64,000 nt of DNA, taken from NCBI GenBank assembly GCA_965223265.1, contig OZ244999.1:5088001-5152000 (forward strand), given 5' to 3'. The notes below the pieces were generated by a model, which was given only the letters and a program-made list of their open reading frames with translations, searched no databases and had not been told where the DNA came from. Position numbers and translations under genes: made by a program. This document shows, in pieces, positions 21,747-31,371 of this stretch (position 1 is the first letter of the stretch; each line of letters starts with the position of its first letter). The stretch is from Planctomycetota bacterium (GTDB lineage: Bacteria; Planctomycetota; UBA8108; SXIK01).

Positions 21747-22337
21747 TTACTGGAGGGGTGGGAACTGTCGCATGGCAGCGAAAACCGCGCGCCGGATCGC
21801 TTTCGCCGGCCCACGCGGCACGCGCGAGTGAGGCTCCTCTCGGTATGCGGCGTGCGAGCGAACAGAGAAGAGCTTTTCCAGCGAATCCGTCGAGAAGAGC
21901 TCAATCTCGAATTCGAACCGCATGTTCGCTAGCGACCCGGTCTCGGCTTGCCACGTCAGAATCCTGGCGGCAATGACTGCGTCGTACGTCACCTGATCGT
22001 GTGCCCGCCCTGCTCCAATCGCCTCACGGATCTCAGGGATCGGTGAGGTTTCAAGCACCATCGTATCGTAGTTCTTCGAGCGCAAGTTTTCGTCAATTGC
22101 GGCAGCCAAAAGCTCGGGAACGTCATAGAGCTGCACGCCGAGAACCGAGCGCTGCAGCATGCCGCCAAACGACACGGCACCCAATGGATAGACGGTCTCG
22201 TTCGTCACGGGCGGAACCGCGACCACTTGCGGCGGATCCACGCCCATCCGCGCATCGACGAAAGCCGGCAACGCGCACCCCGCGACCAAAAGCACGAACG
22301 CGGCCAGTGTCGCCCCCCCAGGTGCGGCGGTGGCCAT
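21747..22337 (-). CDS. Putative lipoprotein
   Basis: Lipobox LVAG-C after a hydrophobic stretch; collinear with lpxK. Confidence 0.65.
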   Translation of the reverse strand: MATAAPGGATLAAFVLLVAGCALPAFVDARMGVDPPQVVAVPPVTNETVYPLGAVSFGGMLQRSVLGVQLYDVPELLAAAIDENLRSKNYDTMVLETSPIPEIREAIGAGRAHDQVTYDAVIAARILTWQAETGSLANMRFEFEIELFSTDSLEKLFSVRSHAAYREEPHSRVPRGPAKAIRRAVFAAMRQFPPLQ

Positions 22338-22389
22338 GCGGGATCGTTGGCGTCCCGCTTGAGAGCCGGGTCGGTCACAGAGATACGGC

Positions 22390-22614
22390 CTACTTGGCAG
22401 CGACCCTTTCGGCAACATGCAACTCGCTGAGGACCTCGAGAACTTGCGACTCTTTCATGTAACCGAGCTCGATCAGAATCTGGCCCAAGAACTTGTAGGG
22501 CTTCCCTGTCGCCTCGGCCTTCGCCTGCACGGTGAGAGCCTCGTACAGCTGTTCGGTGGTAACATATCCGTTCTCGAAGGCAACTTCACCGAATAATTTT
22601 CGATCTGCTGCCAT
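22390..22614 (-). CDS. Small stand-alone MshEN-like domain protein
   Basis: LFGEVAFENGYVTTEQLYEALTVQ...FLGQILIELGYMKESQVLEVL tandem half-motifs. Confidence 0.7.
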   Translation of the reverse strand: MAADRKLFGEVAFENGYVTTEQLYEALTVQAKAEATGKPYKFLGQILIELGYMKESQVLEVLSELHVAERVAAK

Positions 22615-23037
22615 AAAAAAGTCGCTCCGTCGTGAAAGTCAGTGCAGCCCACGCCTGCTCAGTTCCTCTGCCCTCTCAACAAGCTATCATCGGTTTCTAT
22701 ACTGAGCAAACGCACCTCGAGACGCTCGGCGGCACTACGTGCAAGTTTCTCCAAGGACACCTGGCGGTAATCCTCGGCGATCAGAGAGGTTGGCGCTGCA
22801 CTTGGTCAAGGTGCAAGGCGAAACGATCGATGAGAGGATAGGTCCCGTTCCGCAGACGATCAGGCGAGCTCTCTGCAAGTTCAGAAGTGACTTGCTGGCC
22901 GCAGCCGCTGACGTGATGCAGTCGAAACCCAGCAACTCATCGGCCGGGTATCCTTCTCCACCAAACTCCCAAGAGGTGCGACGCAACAGCTGAGTGCGCC
23001 TTGCAAGTCTTTTCGGTACCGAGTTACGCTACGAATC

Positions 23038-24087
23038 ATGAGCGAAAACGCCCAGCAAATCTTGCGACAGAGATTCAGCGGCGCCCTCTGCGGCGGCGCG
23101 CTCGGCGATGCGCTGGCCTTTCCTTACCAGGACTACTCGCGTTCGTTCCTGACCTCGAATTCCGCTCGGATCTGCGAGCGGTTCGAAGAGCATCACAGCA
23201 AGTTTTACCCTCTAGGACAGTACGGCGACGACACGCAAGTCACGTTGGCCGTGGCCGAGGGTCTCCTCGGCGAGCAGGAGTTGGAGCAACGCGGCGAGCA
23301 TGACGAGACGCTGCTCGTCCGCAAGCTCTTGCCTCTTTGGCGCGACCAACTACTCGTCGACCCTGAGGAGAGTTGTGCACGGGCGTTCGAACGAATGCTC
23401 GCTAGTGAGCGCCCATGGACGCCGCAGCCGCTGGCGAATGGGCACGCCGAGATCGCTCCGGTAGCGCGCACAGTCAGCGCTGGGCTCCTGTTTCACGAGC
23501 AACCCGATCGTCGTTGGCGCGAAGCTGCACGCATCGTCCTCGTCACGCACTCCGACGTTCGCGTGCTGGCATGTGCGGCAGCTTTCACGGCCGCGATTGC
23601 CTACGCCGTCAAGACCGAGGAGCTGATCTTAGGTGAGTTTCTCGACGAAGTCGTTGGCGCCGCACGCCACTACGACGAATCGCTCGCGGCGATCGTCGAG
23701 GACTTTCCGCTGCTGCTCTCACTCAACGAATATCGCTGCGTACAGCGACTCGAAAGGGCCTACCCGGATGATGCCTACCTCGCCTCGCCGACCGGGCTCG
23801 TCCCCTACTGCGTCCCGTGTCTTCTCCTGGCGCTCTATTATTTTCTGCGCTCGCCCCACGATTTCAGCAAGACCACAGAGGCATGCCTGCGCCTCGGTGG
23901 ACAGGCCGACACCACGGTGTTTTTGGCCAGCGCCCTGAGCGGCGCGCTGAACGGCTACGACGCACTTCCCGCATCGTTGCTGGAGACGCTGCTGAACGTT
24001 GACCAAATTCGCGCGACGGCGGAACGACTGTTTGAAGCTTCAGAGGAGCTGCGACGAAGCACGACCCAGTACGACGAGCCCGCGTAG
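23038..24087 (+). CDS. ADP-ribosylglycohydrolase family protein
   Basis: GALCGGALGDALA, GQYGDDTQ, VTH and GGQADTT..ASALSGA..G. Confidence 0.85.
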   Translation: MSENAQQILRQRFSGALCGGALGDALAFPYQDYSRSFLTSNSARICERFEEHHSKFYPLGQYGDDTQVTLAVAEGLLGEQELEQRGEHDETLLVRKLLPLWRDQLLVDPEESCARAFERMLASERPWTPQPLANGHAEIAPVARTVSAGLLFHEQPDRRWREAARIVLVTHSDVRVLACAAAFTAAIAYAVKTEELILGEFLDEVVGAARHYDESLAAIVEDFPLLLSLNEYRCVQRLERAYPDDAYLASPTGLVPYCVPCLLLALYYFLRSPHDFSKTTEACLRLGGQADTTVFLASALSGALNGYDALPASLLETLLNVDQIRATAERLFEASEELRRSTTQYDEPA

Positions 24088-24192
24088 CGCCCGAACGAGA
24101 CGCCCATGGCGGCCGCCTCGCGGAGCAGGGCGACATCCGGGTCTCGATCGCCCGCAACGCGCGCACCGCGCCTGGCGGCGACGACTCACGGG

Positions 24193-24903
24193 CTAGTCAG
24201 CAGCCGATCTCGCGACTCGACGGCCATGACGCAGATAAAGCTTGGCAATCGTCAAGAGGATCTTGTATCCGGCCCTGATGGTCCCCGACACCGTGCCCGT
24301 GATCTTCGACGTGCCGATGCGCCGCCGGTATGAGACGGGGACCTCATTGACTCGGAGCCCTTCCTGAAGCGCTCTCACCTGCATCTCAACCGTCCAACCG
24401 AAGTCCTGATCTTGCATCCGAAGCTCCCGTAGCGACGTCAACCGTATGGCACGAAACGGACCCAAGTCGGTGTAGCGATGACCCCAGATCAGTCGCATCA
24501 GAAAGCACGCGAGCCGATTGCCAAAGTACGCCTGCGGCGCGAGCGCGCCGTCTTCACGCTCGCCGAGCATACGACTTCCGATCACTAGGTCTGCGTCTCC
24601 AGTACGAATCGCCTCGGTGATCGACGTGATCTCTTCCGGTCGATCGCTGAAGTCCGCGTCGAGAAACACGACGCACTCGGTGTCCTCAGGCAACGCCGCG
24701 ATGCCGCACAGACACGCAGCGCCGTATCCGCGCTGTAGTTCCTCAACGACGCGGGCACCAGCCGCCGCGGCGACAGAGGCGGTCGTGTCGGTGCTGCCGT
24801 TGTCGACAACGATGACTTGTGCGATCGACTCGGGAAGCGCAGCGACAACTTTGCCGACAGACTTCTCCTCGTTGAACGCGGGGATGATCACTACCGTCTT
24901 CAC
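24193..24903 (-). CDS. Glycosyltransferase family 2
   Basis: IIPAFNEE, VVDNGSTD, GYGAAC, FLDADFSD and YTDLGPFRAIR; GTG start at 24903. Confidence 0.9.
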   Translation of the reverse strand: MKTVVIIPAFNEEKSVGKVVAALPESIAQVIVVDNGSTDTTASVAAAAGARVVEELQRGYGAACLCGIAALPEDTECVVFLDADFSDRPEEITSITEAIRTGDADLVIGSRMLGEREDGALAPQAYFGNRLACFLMRLIWGHRYTDLGPFRAIRLTSLRELRMQDQDFGWTVEMQVRALQEGLRVNEVPVSYRRRIGTSKITGTVSGTIRAGYKILLTIAKLYLRHGRRVARSAAD

Positions 24904-24937
24904 CCCGACGTCTCCCGGCTCGATTCCCGCCCCGCAC

Positions 24938-27676
24938 TCACCCGTCGTTGGCGTCTTCCTGGCCACCCTCGGACTCGTCGGGAGATTCCGGTCGCGGCAG
25001 TTCTTCGCTGCCGATCTGGCGCACTCGGGCGAGGAAGCGGACGCGGAAGCCGTCCGCAACGCCGTGCCAAAGTTTCGAGCTGGCCTCTTCCGTCAGCACC
25101 GCGATCGTGGCATCGCGGAGCGTCTGCTGGCGCTCGCGGTCCTCCAGCGCTGTCAGCTCACGCTCCCACCATAGCAGTTGAGCGAAACGCCCCACCACCG
25201 ATTCCTCGACGGCGAGCAAGCCACGGAGCTCGGAAATCGTCTGTTGCGCCTCGGCGCCTTCAAGGCTCCGCAGCCGCTGCTGAATCGTCTTACGCAGAGC
25301 AAACGCGCTCTCACCGCGCTCAAACTCGGCAACTCCAGCGGGGTGTTGAGTGCCAATTTCAGCGTGTTTCTCGATCAATTCGCGAAGCGTCTGGGTCGTA
25401 CCCAAGACCTCCTCGTCGAGCGCCAAGATGTCGCGGATTCTCCACACCTCGAGCGCCACGTTCCACCCCTTCATGAGGGTCGCTTGGTCACTCAGGTCCA
25501 GCTTTCGTGGCTCAAGAAACTCCGCGAGCTGAGGCGCGCGCAAGAGTGGTAGTGCGCTGCGTAGAACCCCGACCCCGCCGGACTCGACGGCGAGGCGAAG
25601 CAGTTCGCCGCTGAGCACAGGAAAAAGGCTCACCGCGTCAGAATCAAGCACTGAAAGGATCTTGCGGTGCAGAGCTTCCTCGACCGCTGGCCCGTGGGCG
25701 CCAAGAAAACCAAGAAACTGGCGAATCGCTTCGTCACCGGCCACGGACGAGGCCACGACGTCTAAGACGGCGAGGATCTCCTTTTCCTTGTACTGCTCGG
25801 AATGCTGCACGATCTCCAGGAGAGTGTTGAGCGCGGCCTGGTTGTCCGCGCGGACGAGAGAGCCAAGCCCCAAGATGACACGGACTCGCAGCGCCTGCTC
25901 TTGGCGCTTCGCGAGCAAAGATCCATAGAATCTCAGCAATAGCTCATGCTGTTCGGACTGCTTGGCGGCTGCCTCAAGCGCGCCGATGCACGCGCGACGA
26001 AAGTCACGCGCTGCCGGTTGATTCGAGTCATTCTCGTTGAAGAGCTCGACGATACGCTCTGCAGTCGCGTTCTCCATGCCTCGGTCTTCCACGATGCGAC
26101 CTAGCGTCGTGACTGCGCTGGTCATGAGCGCAAGATCAGGGGCGTCTCCGTCCGGTGTGCTGAGCAGGATCGATTCAACGAGATGCTGGACCGCCTCGAT
26201 GCGTAGTGCACCCGCAACGCGCACCGCTTCGAGAAAAATGGCCTGATCCGCCTCGCGTCGCGAATCCGCCAGACTCGTCATCAGAAGAACGATTTTGTCG
26301 GTCAATCGGCGACTCGCTTCCGTCGATTGATCTATGTAGTCGCGATACTGTGCCAGCCCTGCGAGCGCAGATCGAATCACCATCGAGCTCTCAAGCGGGT
26401 ATGACTCACGCTCGATCACCAAGAGCAGCAGCTCGATGGCCTGACGCTGCAGCGCCACCTTGGTGCCGGGAGGGCTCGACTCCGGAAGCGGTGCAGCCTC
26501 GAGCCAACGACCGAACTCCCCGAGTGCGCTGACGACTTCGAGCCGCGACTCCGCCTCGTAGATGAACCCAAGGGAGTCGCGCAGTGCAGAGAGCACGCGC
26601 TCGGCGTGCTGGGTTTCCTTGAGGTGATCGATCATTCTCGCCCAGGCGCTCATGAACCGCTTCCGCGACGTGGCGCCATGCTCGTAGAGAACTGTCTCAA
26701 GGGACTTGTCCTCCGCCGTCGCCCACCATTCCTCCCATGCTTTCGGCGTCGGGAAGTCGACACGGACGCGGCGCCGAAGCTCTGAGATCGACGCCCACAT
26801 GAGCGTCTCGCCGGTGTGGTGAGGCGGAACTGGCAGCGTCCGATTCTCCGCGTAATACGTCAGCGCGTTCACCAGCAGCTCAACTGCTCGACGTGGGTCT
26901 GTGGCCCAAATAATGGTGACACTGTCGCGCAAAGCGATCTCGGTCGGCGGTGGATCAGCGACGATCCTAGCGGCCAGATCACTCAGCGTCTGCGAAGCCC
27001 CCTCCGCGCGTTCGACCTTGATCGTCTCAACACACGTATCGGCGACCAGAGTCCGAAGCGTCTCCGGTCCGACGCCGACCATCGGCAACAAGTCCGCCGC
27101 GAACGTGCTGTAAGGAACGCCCTGGCGCGGAATCCACGTCCTGAGTTCGTGAACGACGCTCGCCGTGCACTCCCACGGCACCTTACCAGTACGAAGGGCT
27201 GCTGGATCGAGCAGCTCTCGCAAGAAATTTCGATGCCGAACCTGCGTGCCCGGCGATCCACCACGCTGCACGCGCTCGAGAAGCTGATGAGCCGCCCGAA
27301 GACCTCGCTGGCGATCGTCTCCTGCCAGTTCCTTCAGTAAAGTCGCGAAGGCTTCCTTATCGGAAAGGTTCTGGTCCCGAAGCAACTCGCCGGTCGCCGA
27401 GTCCAGTTTCGCACCTGGATCGGGCTGCTCGGGCGAGTCTTGCGCGGTCAGCGGGAGTATTGCAAGGAGAGTAGCCGAGCTCATCATGACGAGGGACGAG
27501 AAACGAAACAGATGGGAGCGCCGCAAGCAAGGAGCGAGAGCGGCATCGGACCGTGGCGAACTCGACACGGGGAGCGTGCAAGACGTTTCCGACATACCGT
27601 CAGCGGCGGCGAGAGGAGGTCCCAAGCCGCGTGCAGCCGCGGTGGGAAACGACACCTGTGACCGAGTAGGAATCAC
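24938..27676 (-). CDS. Large alpha-helical (HEAT/ARM-like) hypothetical protein, possibly exported; start uncertain (perhaps ~27488)
   Basis: 912-aa ORF of Leu/Ala-rich amphipathic helices; signal-like LLAILPLTA-QD segment. Confidence 0.7.
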   Translation of the reverse strand: MIPTRSQVSFPTAAARGLGPPLAAADGMSETSCTLPVSSSPRSDAALAPCLRRSHLFRFSSLVMMSSATLLAILPLTAQDSPEQPDPGAKLDSATGELLRDQNLSDKEAFATLLKELAGDDRQRGLRAAHQLLERVQRGGSPGTQVRHRNFLRELLDPAALRTGKVPWECTASVVHELRTWIPRQGVPYSTFAADLLPMVGVGPETLRTLVADTCVETIKVERAEGASQTLSDLAARIVADPPPTEIALRDSVTIIWATDPRRAVELLVNALTYYAENRTLPVPPHHTGETLMWASISELRRRVRVDFPTPKAWEEWWATAEDKSLETVLYEHGATSRKRFMSAWARMIDHLKETQHAERVLSALRDSLGFIYEAESRLEVVSALGEFGRWLEAAPLPESSPPGTKVALQRQAIELLLLVIERESYPLESSMVIRSALAGLAQYRDYIDQSTEASRRLTDKIVLLMTSLADSRREADQAIFLEAVRVAGALRIEAVQHLVESILLSTPDGDAPDLALMTSAVTTLGRIVEDRGMENATAERIVELFNENDSNQPAARDFRRACIGALEAAAKQSEQHELLLRFYGSLLAKRQEQALRVRVILGLGSLVRADNQAALNTLLEIVQHSEQYKEKEILAVLDVVASSVAGDEAIRQFLGFLGAHGPAVEEALHRKILSVLDSDAVSLFPVLSGELLRLAVESGGVGVLRSALPLLRAPQLAEFLEPRKLDLSDQATLMKGWNVALEVWRIRDILALDEEVLGTTQTLRELIEKHAEIGTQHPAGVAEFERGESAFALRKTIQQRLRSLEGAEAQQTISELRGLLAVEESVVGRFAQLLWWERELTALEDRERQQTLRDATIAVLTEEASSKLWHGVADGFRVRFLARVRQIGSEELPRPESPDESEGGQEDANDG

Positions 27677-27968
27677 AGCAAAAACGCTCCACTCCTCGTA
27701 CCGACGCGGCAGCCTGTCGTGCCGGCTGCCCGGCTATCGAATCAGCGAAGGGTGACGTTACCGCGTCGAGATGGTTCCAAGCTTTCGCGGCGTACCGTGC
27801 CAACCGGCGGTGCCGCGCTCGTCGCCAACCGAATGGGTTCTTAGGCGAGCTCTCAAGTCGTAACGGCGGTTTCCGCCTAGCCACCCACCACGAGACCGTG
27901 TGAGCGCGCAGCTCAGCCGAGCTTTCGCGGGCACCTACGCGTTCCCCCAGCGAGCACGAAGCTGAAGA

Positions 27969-27997
27969 ATTATAAGCTTAGGAGCATAAACTGTCGA
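27969..27997 (-). promoter_or_regulatory. Putative sigma70 promoter
   Basis: Minus strand TCGACA-N17-TATAAT in an AT-rich patch with an upstream A-tract. Confidence 0.55.
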
Positions 27998-28182
27998 GTC
28001 GCGGGAGCCGCGAGTCCCTGTTTTTTGCGGGCAAGTTCCCAATAGCCAGCAGCACGCGAAGTCAACCACAGCCGTGGCTGCGACGCGCCCGCGCAAGGCT
28101 TGATCAACTCGGAATGCGTCGTTCGGCGCCGCCTCCACCTTGACGCGTAGGCGTGTCTCCGCCCGGGACGGCACGAGACCCT

Positions 28183-29103
28183 TCACGAAAAGAGTCCGGC
28201 ACCGAAGTTATCTTCCGGTTCATCGTGCTCATCGAGCTGTGGCTCCCGCACGCGCTCGGGCTGCAGCCGCGATCCGCCGCGTGCGCCGGAAGGCTCGCCG
28301 GCTTCGAAGCGCTCACGCGCCACCCGATCCGAGGGCGAGGCGTCCAAGCGAGGCTCACCCCCAAGACGGCCCCCAGCGGCATCCTGCGTCACCGTACCGC
28401 GCTGCGGCTGCCGCCAGTGTGGAGCGCGCCCTCCGCGACGATCGTCGCCAGAGCGCGACCGGTCGCGGCCACGTCGATCACCGCGCCGTCGTCGACTCGG
28501 CGCACCGTCTCGATCCTGGCTCGAACGAGGCTCCGCAACTGGGTGAGATCCAGCGCTAGCCGCGCCGGGTTTCTCCCACTCTTCCTCCTCAGCGTGGGCA
28601 GCTCCGACAAGCTCCGGCTCGCTGGGAACGGACTTCCGCTGCGTCGGGGCCACGTCCGTCAACCGCGCCTCGTCATCGTCGAAGTACTCCTCGTCGTCGA
28701 AAACGTCGAGATCCTGAGGGCGGTAGTCCGGGTCCTTGGCCCGGTCGAGTTCTTCCAGATACGAGTCGAGCACGCGTCGCTGAATCGACTCCCGGCACTC
28801 CGAATTGATCGGGTGCGCAACGTCAGCGTGCAGTTTACGGCGGGGGTCACCGTTGGCGGCATCGCCGCTGAGACGGCAGCCGCACTCGTTGCAGTAGAGG
28901 GCGCGGTAGTGATTCTTGCCGGGACAGCGATGACAACGCGCCATCAGCTTGCGGCTCGGCATGGCGACGAAAGCGCCCTTAGCACCTTCGATCACCTTCA
29001 GGTCACGAACGACGAAGTCGTTGTCAATGGTTACGCTACAAAAGGCCCTGAGCTTCTCGTTTCTCCCTGACGTTAGCTTGATGCGAACCTCGGTGATCTC
29101 CAC
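28183..29103 (-). CDS. spoVG: SpoVG family nucleic-acid-binding protein with Zn-ribbon insert and disordered tail
   Basis: MEITEVRIKL, FVVRDLKVIEG..G.FVAMPSRK, CHRC...CNEC insert and DVAHPIN; strong SD AAAGGAG; follows ispE. Confidence 0.9.
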   Translation of the reverse strand: MEITEVRIKLTSGRNEKLRAFCSVTIDNDFVVRDLKVIEGAKGAFVAMPSRKLMARCHRCPGKNHYRALYCNECGCRLSGDAANGDPRRKLHADVAHPINSECRESIQRRVLDSYLEELDRAKDPDYRPQDLDVFDDEEYFDDDEARLTDVAPTQRKSVPSEPELVGAAHAEEEEWEKPGAASAGSHPVAEPRSSQDRDGAPSRRRRGDRRGRDRSRSGDDRRGGRAPHWRQPQRGTVTQDAAGGRLGGEPRLDASPSDRVARERFEAGEPSGARGGSRLQPERVREPQLDEHDEPEDNFGAGLFS

Positions 29104-29512
29104 AGGAAGTTCTCCTTTCGCAGAGGGCCGGTCACTGCGCGGCTGAACCCAGCATCACGGGTAGACACGCTGTAACTGACCGACACACAGCGTCGCGTCC
29201 CGTCACTGGTCCCGCTCAGAGACCCAGGCGCCTGGCAATCCACTGCGCTTTGGGGCCGAGACGACCGGAGCCGATGCGCTCTGGTTCCTTGTTGTGATGG
29301 GGGCGAATCGCTCACCCCGCGACTCATGCACGTAGCACGCCCGGCCGCCCAGAGATTGTCCCTGTCAGGCGCGATTCCCTTTGAGCACTTTTGAGCTATG
29401 AGCAACGAAGCACCTCAGCACGCGGGGCACCGAATAGCGGTCCTGATTCACGCATGCTCAGCACGAAAACCACTCGCCCCCGACCTAACCCAGAGAGGTC
29501 TCCCCCAACCTA

Positions 29513-30469
29513 TCAGCTTTGCTCGGTTTCGCAAGCTCCTAAGCCGTTCCAGGAAGCGACGCTGTGAACGACGAAACGCTGCGCGTTCGAACGTTCAGCC
29601 AGCAAGCGAGAGCACTCCAGCGCCTCCAAACGTGACGGGCAAACACCGTAGACCGTAGAGCCAGAGCCAGAGAGTAGAACCGCGGAAAAAGGCAACTCGC
29701 GAAGCTCGGAATAGAGCGCGCTGAGGGCAGGAAGAGATGCGTAAACAACGCTCTCGAAACGATTGAAAAACAGGTCGCGGTGGATCTTAGGACCATCCGC
29801 AGCGGCGGTGATCCTATCGAGGAGGGTCGGCGGTGTCAAGGTAAAATTAGGGTGCCGAGACGCCGCAAGATCTCTGTAAGCCTCGCCTGTATTAACACTT
29901 ATGCCAGGGAAGGCGAGCACGAAGTGAAGACTGGCGCACTCCTGCGCGAAGGCCGCGGCCACCGCCTGCACGACCTCACCACGGCCACGACAACGCGCCG
30001 TCCCGCCCGAGAGAAAAAACGGCACGTCGGAGCCAAGCGCCGTCGCCAGCCGGTGCAGAAGATCGGGGGGCGGATGGAGTTGCCAGAGGCGGCAGAGCGC
30101 CAGGAGCGTCGCGGCGGCATCGCTAGAGCCGCCCCCGAGCCCGGCACCCTGGGGAATCCTCTTCGTCAGACGGATCAGCACGCGGCCACCGTTCTGGGGA
30201 GGGCAAGCAGACCGGAGGGCTTCGGCAGCGCGGAGCACCAAATTGTCTCGGCCGGCACTGATCCCAGATTCTTCGAGAGTCACCGCCGCCGCACCGGGCG
30301 CTTCGCCCTGCAGGCGAATGAACTCCAGCTCGTCATACAGACTGACGGCCTGAAAGATGCTGTCGACCTCGTGGAAGCCATCCTCGCGTCGCGCGCCGAT
30401 CTCCAGGTGAAGATTGACCTTGGCCGGCGCCAAGACACGCAGTCCTCGCGGGATCGTCTCGAATTTCAT
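29513..30469 (-). CDS. ispE: 4-diphosphocytidyl-2-C-methyl-D-erythritol kinase
   Basis: APAKVNLHL, KRIPQGAGLGGGSSDAA, LGSDVPFF and LSGSGSTV. Confidence 0.95.
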   Translation of the reverse strand: MKFETIPRGLRVLAPAKVNLHLEIGARREDGFHEVDSIFQAVSLYDELEFIRLQGEAPGAAAVTLEESGISAGRDNLVLRAAEALRSACPPQNGGRVLIRLTKRIPQGAGLGGGSSDAAATLLALCRLWQLHPPPDLLHRLATALGSDVPFFLSGGTARCRGRGEVVQAVAAAFAQECASLHFVLAFPGISVNTGEAYRDLAASRHPNFTLTPPTLLDRITAAADGPKIHRDLFFNRFESVVYASLPALSALYSELRELPFSAVLLSGSGSTVYGVCPSRLEALECSRLLAERSNAQRFVVHSVASWNGLGACETEQS

Positions 30470-31371
30470 CTCTTCACCGCCGCCGGGCCCGCGGCTCCTG
30501 AACCTGCCGCTTGCGGGCCCACGGCGACGACCTCATTGTCGATCAGACGCGCCGAGCCAACGGTGGCCGCGACGGCAATCACGTAGCGCCCGTCGAGAAG
30601 ATCACCGTCGTGCGGCGACTCGAGAGTCTCCGCGACGCGGACTTCGACATAGTCGACCTCCAACCCTGATCCGCTCGTGAGCACGTCGAGCACCGCGCCG
30701 CGGATGCGCTCGCGATCACGCTCACCCGCGGCAACGAGCCGCCGACCCGCAACCAGGCTGCGATGGAGGGCGAGCGCAGTCTGGCGCTGCGCAGCGTCGA
30801 GGTAACGATTCCGTGAGCTCATCGCTAGGCCGTCGGCCTCTCTCACGATCGGACAGACCTCGATCTCCGTCGACATCTTTAGGTCGCGCACCATGCGGCG
30901 AATCACATAAGCTTGCTGATAATCCTTCTGGCCGAAGAACGCCCGGTGCGGCCGGACGACCTCAAGGAGTAGGCTGACGATCGTCGTGACGCCGCGAAAA
31001 TGGTGCGGGCGCGACAGCCCACAAAGATCGGTGGTCATCTTCTCGACGTCGACCCAAGTCTCGAACTCCTTTGGATACATGGCGTCAGCCGCTGGCATGA
31101 AAAGCAGGTGCACGCCCGCATCTTCACACACTGCCTGATCTCTTTCGGGAGTTCGCGGATAAGCAGCGAGGTCCTCTTTCGGCCCAAACTGGGTCGGATT
31201 CACGAAAGCGCTCACGACGGTCCTATCGCATTCGGAGGTCGAGCGCTCGATGAGCGATTGGTGCCCGGCATGCAAATCACCGAGCGTTGGGACAAAGCCG
31301 ACAGAGAGACCAGCCGCCCGGTAGCGGTCGCACCACGCGCGTGCACCGTCGAGCGTGCGTTCGACTCTCAC
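30466..31371 (-). CDS. panC: Pantoate--beta-alanine ligase
   Basis: FVPTLGDLHAGH, FVNPTQFGP, FGQKDYQQ, GLAMSSRN and RLIDN; GTG start overlapping the folK stop. Confidence 0.95.
   Translation of the reverse strand: MRVERTLDGARAWCDRYRAAGLSVGFVPTLGDLHAGHQSLIERSTSECDRTVVSAFVNPTQFGPKEDLAAYPRTPERDQAVCEDAGVHLLFMPAADAMYPKEFETWVDVEKMTTDLCGLSRPHHFRGVTTIVSLLLEVVRPHRAFFGQKDYQQAYVIRRMVRDLKMSTEIEVCPIVREADGLAMSSRNRYLDAAQRQTALALHRSLVAGRRLVAAGERDRERIRGAVLDVLTSGSGLEVDYVEVRVAETLESPHDGDLLDGRYVIAVAATVGSARLIDNEVVAVGPQAAGSGAAGPAAVKR

Noticed and set aside
22739-22993. 84-aa ORF upstream of the ADP-ribosylglycohydrolase
   Set aside because: No motif; an overlapping antisense ORF is equally long; probably a divergent promoter region
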